Source: an uncultured Candidatus Saccharibacteria bacterium (GTDB lineage Bacteria > Patescibacteriota > Saccharimonadia > Saccharimonadales > JALRHH01). From it: a DNA stretch of 64,000 nucleotides. The translations under genes and the position numbers were made by a program. Each line of letters opens with the position of its first letter. The first letter of the stretch is position 1. Shown here one piece after another: positions 35,985 through 46,589 of this stretch. The notes below the pieces were generated by a model. The model searched no databases. It saw nothing but the letters and a program-made list of their open reading frames with translations, and was not told the origin of the DNA. Location of the stretch: contig CAZXDT010000001.1 of assembly GCA_964639295.1 (NCBI GenBank), positions 245,068 to 309,067 of the forward strand, in the 5' to 3' direction.

Positions 35985-36226
35985 CTCCTTCGTCTATTTT
36001 TGATCATTTTTGTGTGAAAAGTCACAGTTCAAATGTTCGAATAGACAAATTATGTATTCGTTTTTGAACGTACCAGAGCTATTTGTGATCCCCATATATA
36101 GCGCTTGTAGGTATAAGAATAGTCCTACCTATAGCGTTTTGCAAGCAAATAACGGTGTATTATAGTCTACGCGGATAACACCTTAGGAATCAGTTCCCAC
36201 CTCAAGCGAAAAACGCTTGTTTTTGA

Positions 36227-37531
36227 TTATTTTTCTTTGGTTTCTTCGGATTCGTCTTTTTTATCGTCGTCATGTGACTGACCACGAAGCTTCTTAAGCC
36301 TGCGCAAAAATGATGGCTTTTCTAGTTCGTCTTCTTCGTCATTGATACCATCAAGAGCATCATGCTGCGCTTCTTTAGCATCTTCAACGTCGTGTGAGTC
36401 ATTGCTGTCATTATCCATTGTCCAGATGTTTGGCAGAGGTGAGTCAGTTTTAAAGCTATCTTTTTCTTCGTCTGTCTCAAGGTTGACTTCCATGTCCTTC
36501 ATGAGTGTCTCATCCAACTTGTTCTGTGGCGCTGGAGCTTCTACCGCAGGAGGCGCTGTTCGTTCACTAAAGTAAGATGCATCAAAACCTGTTGCTACTA
36601 CTGTAATAATAACTTCGCCCTCAAGCTCTGGATTAATCGTTGCACCGAAGATAATATTGGCGTCTGGGTCAGCAGCAGCAGTAATAGTCTCTGCAGCGGC
36701 GTTAATTTCGTGCATAGACATATCCATGCCACCGATAACGTTGAACAGGACACCTCTAGCACCATCAATAGATACTTCGAGTAGTGGTGACTCAACAGCC
36801 TGCTGAGCAGCCTTAACAGCACGGTCATCACCCGCTGCACGGCCGATACCCATAAGCGCTGAACCAGCGTTGCTCATAACAGCCTTAACATCGGCAAAGT
36901 CCAAGTTAATAAGACCGTGTACCGTAATAAGGTCAGAAATACCTTGCACACCCTGGCGTAGTACGTCATCGGCTACCTTAAATGCTTCAAGTAGTGGTGT
37001 TTGTCTATCGATCGTTTGGAGTAGTCGGTCGTTAGGTATAACAATTAATGTATCCACTGCGCTGCGTAGATTTGCTATGGCTGCATCAGCGTTACGACGG
37101 CGCTTCTCACCCTCAAATGCAAATGGCTTTGTAGCAAATCCTACAACAAGTGCACCAGCTTCTTTCGCTGCCTCTGCAACGATGTGACCAGCGCCACTAC
37201 CGGTGCCACCACCTGCGCCTATAGTAATAAATACCATGTCTGCACCGGCTACGGCCTTCTTAATCTCAGCGAGAGATTCTTGTGCAGCCCGCTCACCAAC
37301 AGTTGGATCGGCACCAGCACCAAGACCTCTTGTTGTGTCACTTCCTATATGGATTTGGGTCTGTGCTTTAGAAAAATGAAGTGCTTGCGCGTCAGTATTA
37401 ACCGCGATGAACTCGACGTTTTCAACGCCTGAGTCAACCATACGGTTAACGGCCGCGCCACCCGCGCCCCCAACACCAATAACTTTAATACGAGCGAACG
37501 TTTCGATAGCAGGTGCAACTTGTTGTGGCAT
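36227..37531 (-). CDS. ftsZ: Cell division protein FtsZ
   Basis: 434 aa. [17 protein letters not shown], the GGGTGSGAG tubulin signature, NTDAQAL, and an acidic C-terminal tail. Confidence 0.97.
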   Translation of the reverse strand: MPQQVAPAIETFARIKVIGVGGAGGAAVNRMVDSGVENVEFIAVNTDAQALHFSKAQTQIHIGSDTTRGLGAGADPTVGERAAQESLAEIKKAVAGADMVFITIGAGGGTGSGAGHIVAEAAKEAGALVVGFATKPFAFEGEKRRRNADAAIANLRSAVDTLIVIPNDRLLQTIDRQTPLLEAFKVADDVLRQGVQGISDLITVHGLINLDFADVKAVMSNAGSALMGIGRAAGDDRAVKAAQQAVESPLLEVSIDGARGVLFNVIGGMDMSMHEINAAAETITAAADPDANIIFGATINPELEGEVIITVVATGFDASYFSERTAPPAVEAPAPQNKLDETLMKDMEVNLETDEEKDSFKTDSPLPNIWTMDNDSNDSHDVEDAKEAQHDALDGINDEEDELEKPSFLRRLKKLRGQSHDDDKKDESEETKEK

Positions 37532-37644
37532 TCGTAGATTCCCTTCCTTACGATGGAGTTATGCAAGGAGTATACCTGATAGACTCCATCTGTTCAATCC
37601 ACTGTCCCCAGATCAGACGCAGTGGATTAATTAGTTACAATAAT

Positions 37645-38910
37645 TTAGCGCTTCAATTTCTTGAAAAGGCCATCTATTAGGCCAAATACACCACTGTTAG
37701 GTTGGCCAGTTGTCGCAAAGCCAGATGGCACTAGCAGCATGTCAAGCATCATGAGGCCAACAGCAGCTGTATACGCAGGATCTTGAACCGTATCAATTAA
37801 TCCACCCATTGGTTGTAAAACACCGTTTCGAGCAGCAAGTTGAAGCTTCTCTTTAGTAAACTCTGCAAGACCAGGAAGCTTTGAAGTACCACCCACTAAC
37901 ACAACGCCACCGGGGAGTTTGCGCGATCGGTGGATCTTCTTAAGCTCCTTGTCGACTATTTCGAGTAATTCTTCAACCCTGGCTTCAGTAATAAGATGTA
38001 CGTCACTAGCATCAAAATAATGCTTCTTACCGTCATGTTCAACTAAGATGCTACCTGTAGGTCGATCTTCAGCCAAGCTAGCGCTGTTAATTTTCACTTT
38101 CTCGGCTACATCAAGATCGGTTTTAAGCCCTATTGCTAAGTCGTTAGTAATGTTTGTGCCACCCACGGGCAACACAGCCACATGCTGGACCTCTCCGTCC
38201 TCAATAACAACTAAGTTAGTCGTACCTGCGCCAATATCAAGCAACAGCGTACCTGACTCCTTCTGTTGGCGGTTCAGCACTGCTTCAGCAGCGGCGAGAC
38301 TTGATACCGTACGGTGCATTGGCTGGACCTTTGCCTTCTCTAGTACGAGATCGATATTCCTAAGGTTAGGCGTAGCTGCTGCAACGATATGTGTGTCTAC
38401 TTCTAGGCGAATACCATGCATGCCTACTGGGTCCTTGATGTTATCCTGACCATCAACCCTATAGTTCTTAGCAAATACCTGAATAATTTCCCTGTTCGGA
38501 GGCAGCTGTACAATTGTTGCGGCTTCTTCTACACGCAGCCGATCATTGCCGTCAATTTCTCTGTTGGCAGCACTAATAGCAATCGTACCTTTAGAATTGA
38601 TCCCAGCTACATGTGATCCATTTACGTTTACGGTCGCGCCTTGAATATGAACACCGGAGACGCGCTCTGCCTCTGTAATAGCCTGGATAATTGCCTCTGT
38701 TACGTCATCAACGTGAACGATAGCACCTTTACGCATGCCTAAATTAGGTGCACTTCCGTGACCGATAATAGATAGCCGCCCTGGATCGGCGGCATCAACC
38801 ATACCCACTACACAGCGGACAGTACTGGTTCCAATATCTATACCAAAATAATGTTGCGATGATTGATCGCGCATGCAAGCAGTATACCGCTTAAGGATGA
38901 AAACTAGCAA
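37645..38910 (-). CDS. ftsA: Cell division protein FtsA
   Basis: Actin-like ATPase (FGIDIGTSTVRCVVG, LLDIGAGTTNLVV, GGVVLVGGTSKLPGL). The 38910 start is TTG. An alternative ATG at 38874 (MRDQSSQHYFGIDIG) lies 6 nt after a TATACT. Confidence 0.9.
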   Translation of the reverse strand: MLVFILKRYTACMRDQSSQHYFGIDIGTSTVRCVVGMVDAADPGRLSIIGHGSAPNLGMRKGAIVHVDDVTEAIIQAITEAERVSGVHIQGATVNVNGSHVAGINSKGTIAISAANREIDGNDRLRVEEAATIVQLPPNREIIQVFAKNYRVDGQDNIKDPVGMHGIRLEVDTHIVAAATPNLRNIDLVLEKAKVQPMHRTVSSLAAAEAVLNRQQKESGTLLLDIGAGTTNLVVIEDGEVQHVAVLPVGGTNITNDLAIGLKTDLDVAEKVKINSASLAEDRPTGSILVEHDGKKHYFDASDVHLITEARVEELLEIVDKELKKIHRSRKLPGGVVLVGGTSKLPGLAEFTKEKLQLAARNGVLQPMGGLIDTVQDPAYTAAVGLMMLDMLLVPSGFATTGQPNSGVFGLIDGLFKKLKR

Positions 38911-38917
38911 ACAAAAG

Positions 38918-39670
38918 TTACAGTGTCGTGAGAATTTCTACTCCGTCTTCAGTCACAAGAACCGTATGTTCAAAGTGAGCTGCCAACGAGTTATCTGCTG
39001 TGACTATGGTCCAGCCATCATCTGTTACAAAAATACCATCTTTACCAAGCGTAGCCATAGGCTCGATAGCGACTGTTGAGCCAACCTCTAGGATTCCTCC
39101 GGTTCGTGCCTTGCCATAATTGGGTATATCTGGGGCTTCGTGCATCTCGTGCCCAATACCGTGACCTACTAGCTCACGAACGATACCCAACCTGCCAGCG
39201 TGTAGGACCGATTCAATAGCTGCTGAGATGTCACCAATTTGTGTTGGCCCTGCTATCGCATTAATACCAGCAATGAGGCTCTTTTCGGTATACTCGAGTA
39301 AGCGCTGCTTATCTCCTATTGGTTCCTCACCCACAACCATAGTAAATGCACTGTCAGTTTTCATGTTTTTATACGTGATAACAAGATCAAACCCGACCAC
39401 ATCGCCTTTTTGCAGGACATAATCTGTTGGTATGCTGTGCACCACCTGAGTATTTGTAGATATACAGATACTGGCGGGGAAATTGACCTCAGAGGTACGG
39501 TAAGTTGCAATTGCACCACGAGCGGCTATTTCCCCTGCAACCCAGTGGTCAAGTTCCCTCTCACTAACCCCTGGCACTACCTGAGTACGTAAATCACGAA
39601 ATATACCAGCAAGTATCTTGCCACCTTCACGCATAGCCTGTAACTCTGATGGGGTCTTGAACTGCGTCAT
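38918..39670 (-). CDS. map: Methionine aminopeptidase, type I
   Basis: 250 aa. Metal-ligand pattern GDVVGFDL..., HGIGHEMHE, IEPM, FEHTVLVTEDG. Confidence 0.93.
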   Translation of the reverse strand: MTQFKTPSELQAMREGGKILAGIFRDLRTQVVPGVSERELDHWVAGEIAARGAIATYRTSEVNFPASICISTNTQVVHSIPTDYVLQKGDVVGFDLVITYKNMKTDSAFTMVVGEEPIGDKQRLLEYTEKSLIAGINAIAGPTQIGDISAAIESVLHAGRLGIVRELVGHGIGHEMHEAPDIPNYGKARTGGILEVGSTVAIEPMATLGKDGIFVTDDGWTIVTADNSLAAHFEHTVLVTEDGVEILTTL

Positions 39671-39685
39671 ATTCTGGTCGTCAAC

Positions 39686-40222
39686 TCAAACTGAAGCAAT
39701 TGCCTTAACAATTGCTTCGTGAATAGTCTCAATATCACCGACACCGTCAATATCAAATATAGGTACGCCGTTGTTCTTTAGGTCTGCGATGATTGGCCGT
39801 GTTGATTGTTCATATTCACGGAACCGTTCACGGATAACTTCTGTCTGATCATCCTGTCGGCCACGCTGTAATAGCCGATCTAGCACCACTTCTTCTGACG
39901 CCTTAAGGTGTATGACCGCTGTAATATCTAGTTGGCCGTGTTTACGTTGTGATAAAAGCCAGTCAGCCTGCGCAACGGTTCGAGGGAATCCGTCCATGAC
40001 AAACTCGTGTTCGATATCAACAATACGAAAAATCTTTTGAACAAGGGTAATGATTTCAGAATCGTCGAGTAGTTTACCTTCAAGCATCTGACGGCGACGT
40101 TCACCACCTATGAGCATACGTAGAAACTCACCAGTTGAAAGCCATGGGAATCCAAGACGATCGGCAAGTAGGCGACCCTGCGCACTCTTACCAGAACCTG
40201 CAACTCCCATAAAAATAATCAC
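39686..40222 (-). CDS. adk: Adenylate kinase (short form)
   Basis: 178 aa. P-loop GVAGSGKSAQG, DGFPRTVAQA, RGRQDDQTEVIRERF. Confidence 0.85.
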   Translation of the reverse strand: MIIFMGVAGSGKSAQGRLLADRLGFPWLSTGEFLRMLIGGERRRQMLEGKLLDDSEIITLVQKIFRIVDIEHEFVMDGFPRTVAQADWLLSQRKHGQLDITAVIHLKASEEVVLDRLLQRGRQDDQTEVIRERFREYEQSTRPIIADLKNNGVPIFDIDGVGDIETIHEAIVKAIASV

Positions 40223-40713
40223 AGTACGATCATTCCCTTCACTGCAGCGGCAATACGGCCGCCATCTGCAGTTGCTCCAACTCGTGCTTTTACCTGGCCA
40301 ATAGCCTGGCCCATTTGTGCCTGAGTTATTCCACCCATTTCCGTGACTACTTCTGCAACTATAGTACTGAGCTCCTCGTCACTTATCTGCTTCGGAAGAT
40401 ATTGCTCAATGACTCGCTTCTCGAGTAACTCAGCGTCAGCCTTCTCCTGACTTCCACCTTGAATGTACATATCAGCACTCTCTTGGCGCTTCTTGGCTTC
40501 TTTGCCAAATAGATCAATAATCTCAGGGTCAGTGAGGCCCGTATCACGATTACCCTTAGCAATCTCCACATTCAAAATAACGCTCTTTAGCCCACGAAGT
40601 GTCGTGGATAGCGTCTTATCACCACCAAGCATGGCGGTCTTGAGGTCAGCGTTCAATTGATCCTTTATACTCATTTCACTGTTAGTGTACCAAATACTAC
40701 CTCTATAGAACAA
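40219..40713 (-). CDS. GatB/YqeY domain protein
   Basis: MSIKDQLNADLKTAMLGGDK...LSTIVAEVV...MGQAIGQVKARVGATADGGRIAAAVKGMI is typical of YqeY. The likely start is ATG at 40674. The stop overlaps the adk start by 4 nt. Confidence 0.85.
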   Translation of the reverse strand: MFYRGSIWYTNSEMSIKDQLNADLKTAMLGGDKTLSTTLRGLKSVILNVEIAKGNRDTGLTDPEIIDLFGKEAKKRQESADMYIQGGSQEKADAELLEKRVIEQYLPKQISDEELSTIVAEVVTEMGGITQAQMGQAIGQVKARVGATADGGRIAAAVKGMIVL

Positions 40714-40801
40714 ATAAACTCCGGATTTATTCCGGAGTTTATTTATCCTTATTCAGGAAGAGCAGCAAAGCGATGAGGAACCCGCACGGGGTTCCTCATA
40801 A

Positions 40802-41023
40802 TTACTTACCGCCGAGCTTGATCTTTTGGATCTTAATGCTCTTGCGCTGACGACGGATGATCGCCTTTGCGCGACGTTCACGCTTGCTCAGCGGCTTTTC
40901 AAAGTACTGATTCTGCTTGGCAACAGCGATAACGCCAGCCTGCTGCACTTTACGTGTAAAGCGACGCAGCAAATTTTCTGTAGATTCCTTAGAATCTTTA
41001 CGGGTTACTTGTATCATGTTCAA
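40802..41023 (-). CDS. rpsU: 30S ribosomal protein S21
   Basis: 73 aa, basic. ...ENLLRRFTRKVQQAGVI...YFEKPLSKRERRAKA... Two hairpins follow at 40714-40800. Confidence 0.9.
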   Translation of the reverse strand: MNMIQVTRKDSKESTENLLRRFTRKVQQAGVIAVAKQNQYFEKPLSKRERRAKAIIRRQRKSIKIQKIKLGGK

Positions 41024-41056
41024 TATTCTATCTTAACAGGGGCAAATTTGCAAATG

Positions 41057-41413
41057 CTAGTTATTAACCTGTTTGTTCTTTTGCGTAATGCGTTGTGACT
41101 TCAACACTATACTTTGGAGTTCTTTAAAGATTGCGAAGTGCTTATTCGTAGAGTAAATCTTAGTGTTACCCTGACGCTCAGATATAAGGAAGCCAATCTT
41201 CTCAAGGCGCTTAAGCTCACGCTGAATATTACCAGCGTCTTCTTTGATCAGCTTAGCAAGACCGCGAACGTGCGTCTTGAAATCCGGGTACTTGGCGTAC
41301 ACGACAATAATTTTCCGTCTAACTCGTGAAGTAATGAATACGTCTAACATAAGTCTCTCTATTGTTATTCGAACAACGTAAAGTATACGGCAGCGCGTAA
41401 CGTATTTCAACAT
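41057..41413 (-). CDS. Small winged-helix transcriptional regulator (ArsR/MarR-like)
   Basis: The likely start is ATG at 41350 (MLDVFITSRVRRKIIVVYAKYP...). The wHTH pattern is HVRGLAKLIKEDAGNIQRELKRLEKIGFLISERQGNTKIY. Confidence 0.7.
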   Translation of the reverse strand: MLKYVTRCRILYVVRITIERLMLDVFITSRVRRKIIVVYAKYPDFKTHVRGLAKLIKEDAGNIQRELKRLEKIGFLISERQGNTKIYSTNKHFAIFKELQSIVLKSQRITQKNKQVNN

Positions 41414-41442
41414 AATTTCGCGTTTGCCCCTATAATATCGGT

Positions 41443-43377
41443 ATGCAGTACTACGAGGTGTTGGTCAGCAGTCAACGATATCACGGTGTTGAACCACTTA
41501 CTTATAGTTATGAAACACCCTTAGAAATTGGTGTAGTCGTAACTATCCCTTTAGGCCGCCAAAAGGTACTCGGCATTGTAAGTGGTGAGGTCAAAAAGCC
41601 TAGCTTTAATACAAAATCAGTTATTGACGTTGTCACTGACAAACCAATTCCTTATGAACTTATCGAGCTCCACGCATGGCTCATGCACTATTACCCTGGG
41701 CCCACAGGCCTCATAACACAGCTATTCTTGCCCAGCTCCTTGGCTACTTCGCCCAGGAAAAAGACTGATATAAAAAAATCCGAAGCTAAGGTCGTCAAGC
41801 TACCCCCACTAACAAGCGAGCAGAAGTCCACGTTAGCACAAATAAAACAGTCTACTGGATCATTCCTATTGCATGGTGACACCGGCACGGGCAAGACTCG
41901 AATCTATATTGAGCTGGTCAAATTAAACCTGGGGCTTGGCAAGTCAGCGTTAGTCCTAACCCCTGAAATTGGCCTTACCCCACAGTTAGCCCAATCTTTT
42001 GAAAACACCTTTCCAGGACAAGTCGTTATCGTTCACTCTACTCAAACACCCGCTGAACGCCGCGATAGTTGGCAGCGGATCCATGCAGCAACCGAGCCGC
42101 TGGTTGTAATTGGGCCCCGTTCTGCCCTGTTCGCACCGATTCATGATGTAGGGGTGGTCACCATAGATGAGGCCCATGATGGAGCTTACAAGCAAGAACA
42201 AATGCCCTATTATCAAGCCACTCGGGTTGCGGCCCAGTTGGCTCATCTGCATAATGCTAAACTGGTCCTAGGAACCGCTACCCCTCTCATTCATGATTAC
42301 TTTGCATTCAGTGCTAAGCAGTTGCCTATTCTCAGAATGGAAGAATCTGCCACCGCCAATACCGTTGAGGCTGTGGTTGATACTGTGGATCTGACAAAAC
42401 GAGAGCACTTCTCTCGGTCACCTTGGTTATCTGATCAATTACTAAATCAGATCGAGCTGGCACTCAGTGAAGGAAATCAAAGTCTAGTGTTTCTTAACCG
42501 CCGTGGTACGGCGCGTCTTGTGCTCTGTCAAAACTGTGGCTGGCAAGCAACTTGCCCCCGTTGTGACCTGCCCTTAACGTATCACGGTGATCATCACCAC
42601 CTCCGTTGCCACACTTGTGGCTACACAACCACCACACCCAGTAACTGCCCCGAGTGCGAATCTACAGATATTCAGTTTAAGAGTGTCGGTACTAAAACTA
42701 TCGTTGATGAGCTAAATCGTATTTTTCCTAAGTCTAAGATCCAGCGCTTTGATAGTGACACCAAGAAATCTGACCGTCTGGAGCAGCAATACGAGTCTGT
42801 GAAAGCCGGAGATGTAGATATTCTTGTGGGTACTCAGATGCTCAGCAAGGGGCTTGATTTACCAAAGCTAGCCGTTGTTGGCGTTGTCATAGCAGATACG
42901 AGCCTCTACTTCCCGGACTACACCGCTGACGAGCGGACATTCCAAATGCTGAGACAAGTTATCGGACGTGTAGGACGTGGGCATACAGCTGGACATGTTG
43001 TAATTCAAACCTACTCTCCTGATAGTCCAACCATTCAAGCTGCCGTAGATCGAGACTACTCTCGGTTCTATGAAGCACAGCTTGCAGAGCGTAAACTCTA
43101 TCACTTCCCACCGTTCTACTTTATGCTCAAAATAAGCTTAGAGCGTGCCAGCCAACCATCTGTTACTAAGGCAGCTCAAGACTTAGCAGAACAAATTCTT
43201 AGATCAGGTGTAGCCGTCGAATTATCTGGTCCTGCGCCTGCGTTTGTGGAGCGAATTGCAGGTAAATATCGGTGGCAGATCGTCATTAAAGCCAAGCAAC
43301 GTTCGGAACTTCTCAAAGTCATAGGCATACTACCAAAAACTTGTTCATACGATATTGATCCATCACATCTGTTGTAA
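41443..43377 (+). CDS. priA: Primosomal protein N' (replication restart helicase PriA)
   Basis: 644 aa. Walker A HGDTGTGKT, the DEAH box in VVTIDEAHDGAYK, and Cys-rich Zn fingers CQNCGWQATCPRCDLPLTYH...CHTCGY...CPEC. Confidence 0.93.
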   Translation: MQYYEVLVSSQRYHGVEPLTYSYETPLEIGVVVTIPLGRQKVLGIVSGEVKKPSFNTKSVIDVVTDKPIPYELIELHAWLMHYYPGPTGLITQLFLPSSLATSPRKKTDIKKSEAKVVKLPPLTSEQKSTLAQIKQSTGSFLLHGDTGTGKTRIYIELVKLNLGLGKSALVLTPEIGLTPQLAQSFENTFPGQVVIVHSTQTPAERRDSWQRIHAATEPLVVIGPRSALFAPIHDVGVVTIDEAHDGAYKQEQMPYYQATRVAAQLAHLHNAKLVLGTATPLIHDYFAFSAKQLPILRMEESATANTVEAVVDTVDLTKREHFSRSPWLSDQLLNQIELALSEGNQSLVFLNRRGTARLVLCQNCGWQATCPRCDLPLTYHGDHHHLRCHTCGYTTTTPSNCPECESTDIQFKSVGTKTIVDELNRIFPKSKIQRFDSDTKKSDRLEQQYESVKAGDVDILVGTQMLSKGLDLPKLAVVGVVIADTSLYFPDYTADERTFQMLRQVIGRVGRGHTAGHVVIQTYSPDSPTIQAAVDRDYSRFYEAQLAERKLYHFPPFYFMLKISLERASQPSVTKAAQDLAEQILRSGVAVELSGPAPAFVERIAGKYRWQIVIKAKQRSELLKVIGILPKTCSYDIDPSHLL

Positions 43378-43430
43378 GCGTAACCACAAGCAGTTTGCCA
43401 CAACCCTGTTCTACGGTATACTAACGAGCA

Positions 43431-44009
43431 ATGACTAAAGACGATATCATCACGTTACCAAACAAACACCTCCGACAACGCTCCAAGAAAGTAGGGCTTG
43501 TTAGTAAAGAGATCGAGAAGCTCATTACAGATATGGAAGCGGCGACGCTTGACTGGGAAGACAGCCGCGCGCACGAAGTTGGTGTTGCTCTTGCGGCCGT
43601 ACAAATCGATTCCATGCTGCGAGTTGTCGTTATCCGAAATAACTTCGACGACAAAACTGATCGTACGTTCCAAGTATTCATTAATCCTGAAATTACTAAG
43701 TACGAAGGTAAACAAATCGAAGATTATGAGGGATGCCTCAGTGTCAAAGATATCTACGGAAGAGTCAAACGTTACGAGAAAGTTCGTATTAAAGCTCTCG
43801 ATGAACATGGCAATCCTGTCAGATTAACTGCTGATGGCTTCCTTGCACGTGTTTTTCAACATGAGATCGACCATACTAATGGGATCGTCTTTATTGACCA
43901 CATCAAAGATGACAAGTCTGCTTTCTTCCATCTAGACGACGAAGGTCATCTTGAACCGCTCAACTACGAAGAAGACGTCGTGAACAACAACGACCTCTGG
44001 GAGGACTAG
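43431..44009 (+). CDS. def: Peptide deformylase
   Basis: Motifs GVALAAVQI, EGCLS and HEIDH. Confidence 0.93.
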   Translation: MTKDDIITLPNKHLRQRSKKVGLVSKEIEKLITDMEAATLDWEDSRAHEVGVALAAVQIDSMLRVVVIRNNFDDKTDRTFQVFINPEITKYEGKQIEDYEGCLSVKDIYGRVKRYEKVRIKALDEHGNPVRLTADGFLARVFQHEIDHTNGIVFIDHIKDDKSAFFHLDDEGHLEPLNYEEDVVNNNDLWED

Positions 44010-44906
44010 ATGTCAAAAGATGCAATTGTTTTCTTCGGTAGCGGCCCTGTGGCTGCTAAATCTCTTGAACTACTATCAGAAACCTTTGAGATCGAAGCCG
44101 TTGTCACTAAGCCGTCGACCGTTCACCAAATGACTAGCACACTTAAGAATGTACGAGTTTGCTCTGTAAACACCAAGTCTGAGCTGGATGAGCTTATTGC
44201 TACAGAGACATTTACTAGCAAGCTTGCTGTACTAATTGACTTTGGCATCATCGTGTCTAAGACAGTCATAGACTCTTTCCCGCTTGGTATAGTCAATAGT
44301 CACTTCTCTGTTCTGCCCGAGCTACGGGGTGCAGACCCTATATCGTTTGCAATTCTTAGTGGTCAGCCTAAAACTGGAGTGAGCTTAATGCTCATCGATG
44401 AAGGTATGGACACTGGGAAGATTCTTACGACCAAAAGTCTTGCAATCAACCCAAGTGACACAACACCTACACTTACCTACAAGCTAATCACTCTGAGTAA
44501 CGATCTACTCGCTGAGTTTATTCCTCGGTATGTACTGGGAGAAGTGTCTCCTCGCACCCAGTCACATCCAGAACGCGCAACATATTCACGCAAACTAACC
44601 AAGGAAGATGGTATTCTCGATTGGAACAAGCCTGCAGCAGTGCTGGAGCGCGAAATACGAGCATTTGTAGAGTGGCCTAAAAGTCGAGCAACTCTCGCCG
44701 GTAAAGATGTTATCATCACAAAAGCTCATGCCGTTCCTAGCCAGGCCAAAGACAGTAAGCCTGGAGATATCGATATCGTGGATCAAGTTAAAGAATTTGG
44801 CATAGTCACAGGCAGTGGTACTCTCTGGGTTGATCAGCTCAAGCCTGCTGGCAAAAATGAAATGACCGCCGAGGCATTCCTCGCCGGCCATAAAAACTTA
44901 TTATAG
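44010..44906 (+). CDS. fmt: Methionyl-tRNA formyltransferase
   Basis: 298 aa. It starts directly after the def stop. Motifs: IVFFGSGPVA, NSHFSVLPELRGADPI, and a C-terminal domain. Confidence 0.9.
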   Translation: MSKDAIVFFGSGPVAAKSLELLSETFEIEAVVTKPSTVHQMTSTLKNVRVCSVNTKSELDELIATETFTSKLAVLIDFGIIVSKTVIDSFPLGIVNSHFSVLPELRGADPISFAILSGQPKTGVSLMLIDEGMDTGKILTTKSLAINPSDTTPTLTYKLITLSNDLLAEFIPRYVLGEVSPRTQSHPERATYSRKLTKEDGILDWNKPAAVLEREIRAFVEWPKSRATLAGKDVIITKAHAVPSQAKDSKPGDIDIVDQVKEFGIVTGSGTLWVDQLKPAGKNEMTAEAFLAGHKNLL

Positions 44907-44910
44907 ATTT

Positions 44911-45240
44911 CTACTGTTGAGGTGGTGGAGTTACGGAAGCAGCAACAATTTGCGGTGCTGTCGCCTTAATCTCTGCCTTGAGTTTATCAAGCTCGGCAGC
45001 AACCACCTGTTTGTAATCAGGGAAGTTGGTTTCAAGCCATTTTAGCGCACCAGCTTCGTCATTAGCATCAATGAAACCCTCAAACTCATCAAGTTGTTCG
45101 TTTGTCATCTGCTGTGCAAGCGTCATACCAACACGCATTTCGAGTGTCTCATAAATGTGACCAAGCATGACCTTCTTGTCCTCTGGTGCAAGTGTGCCGA
45201 GGCCAAGTTCCTGTAGTAAATTGTCGTCGAGTTTGAACAT
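44911..45240 (-). CDS. Small conserved hypothetical protein (109 aa)
   Basis: ORF track (MFKLDDNLLQELGLGTLAPEDKKVMLGHIYETLEMRVG...). From memory it resembles a small family common in CPR genomes (possibly DUF5663). This is unverified. Confidence 0.65.
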   Translation of the reverse strand: MFKLDDNLLQELGLGTLAPEDKKVMLGHIYETLEMRVGMTLAQQMTNEQLDEFEGFIDANDEAGALKWLETNFPDYKQVVAAELDKLKAEIKATAPQIVAASVTPPPQQ

Positions 45241-45259
45241 ATGATTACCTTCCTTTAGA

Positions 45260-46540
45260 TTATTTTACCAGATATGCGATCATTCCAAGGATAATGATAC
45301 AAACCGCAGCCCAAAAACCACGCTTCATAGCCTGTTGATACATGTCAGGTGTCTGGGGTTTATTAACGAATGGCAAGCCTGACACATCCTCTAGGTTGCG
45401 CCGTGCGACTGTCTGGGAACGAGCGGTGCGCCTCTGTTCTTCTGCCTGAGCAGCCATGATTGCACCAATTGATGCAGCTGCTGTCGGGCTTGATAAGTCA
45501 TCTTTTACTTCATGACTGCGTTCAAAGGCGATTTCTACTGGTACGTCATGCTCCGCAGCGTTTGCCACCTGCTCCATAATCTTGTACTGCTCACGCTTAG
45601 CGACCTCTTGTTCCTGAATGGTAGTCTCAGCATGCTCTACGCGAGTCTGGAGCTTTGGTACTTCAGTTCTTGCAAGCTGTTCGGGCTTAGGTTGTTTTTC
45701 TACCTTTAAGGCTGGCAGGTTTTCAAGTGCTGGTATCCTCTCACGCTTGAGCTTCTCTAGTTGCTCCTTGTTCTGTCTTACAAGTTTGTCGAGTTGTTCG
45801 CGTGCCATATCACTCTGTTTTACTGTCTTTTCCAGTGTCTCGGTCTTTTCAGAGAACTTTGTATCAAGCTTTCGATCTGCACGCTTACGAGCAAGATACT
45901 CCGCACCAACGAGCACCACTGGCAGAGCCATTCCTGTGCCCCGCTCAACAACTGTTTCTTTCTCAGGAGTATTGGTGGTAGATCTTTCAAAAATGATTGG
46001 GTTTGTTGTAAATTCCCTCGCTGCATCAGGCTGAACTGGAGCTGCTATACCTTCATTGGCCGCTAACGTAGGTACTTCTTCTATCAACACATCTTCAGAA
46101 GTCTCGAGATGAGTATTTGTCTCATCCAACGGCTCAGATGTTTCTGGCGCTTTCTCACTGACTATTTCTTGCTGTGCAGGGGTCTCAGCCTCCTGAGCCT
46201 CGGTCTTCGTTTCCTCAGACTCATCATTAGGACTATTCTTTACTTCTGGCTCCTGCCAGCCAAAAAACAACGATTCTAAGTTTGGTCGCTTGGCTGTCTT
46301 AGAATCCTGTGACTGAGGTGGTTCAACAATATCTTTGAATAAGCCTTTAAAAAATTTCCTGAATTTCTTCTTAGGCTTATCACTTTCTTCATCATCGTCA
46401 GACTCGATAGAATCTTTCTTAGCTTCACCAAAAATACCCAATCTACGGAGGTGCTTTTGAAGAGCACTTTCTTTCTTGGGGGTAGACTCAGTAGACTGAT
46501 TTTCTTCTTGTCCACCAGGACCGGTTAAACTATCTACCAT
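45260..46540 (-). CDS. Hypothetical tail-anchored protein: acidic and Lys-rich, disordered or coiled-coil, with a C-terminal TM
   Basis: 426 aa, E/K/T-rich with low complexity. The C-terminus is FWAAVCIIILGMIAYLVK. Confidence 0.6.
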   Translation of the reverse strand: MVDSLTGPGGQEENQSTESTPKKESALQKHLRRLGIFGEAKKDSIESDDDEESDKPKKKFRKFFKGLFKDIVEPPQSQDSKTAKRPNLESLFFGWQEPEVKNSPNDESEETKTEAQEAETPAQQEIVSEKAPETSEPLDETNTHLETSEDVLIEEVPTLAANEGIAAPVQPDAAREFTTNPIIFERSTTNTPEKETVVERGTGMALPVVLVGAEYLARKRADRKLDTKFSEKTETLEKTVKQSDMAREQLDKLVRQNKEQLEKLKRERIPALENLPALKVEKQPKPEQLARTEVPKLQTRVEHAETTIQEQEVAKREQYKIMEQVANAAEHDVPVEIAFERSHEVKDDLSSPTAAASIGAIMAAQAEEQRRTARSQTVARRNLEDVSGLPFVNKPQTPDMYQQAMKRGFWAAVCIIILGMIAYLVK

Positions 46541-46589
46541 AACAGATACAGATTATACCATAATTTAAGGCTAGAAGCAATACTCTACC

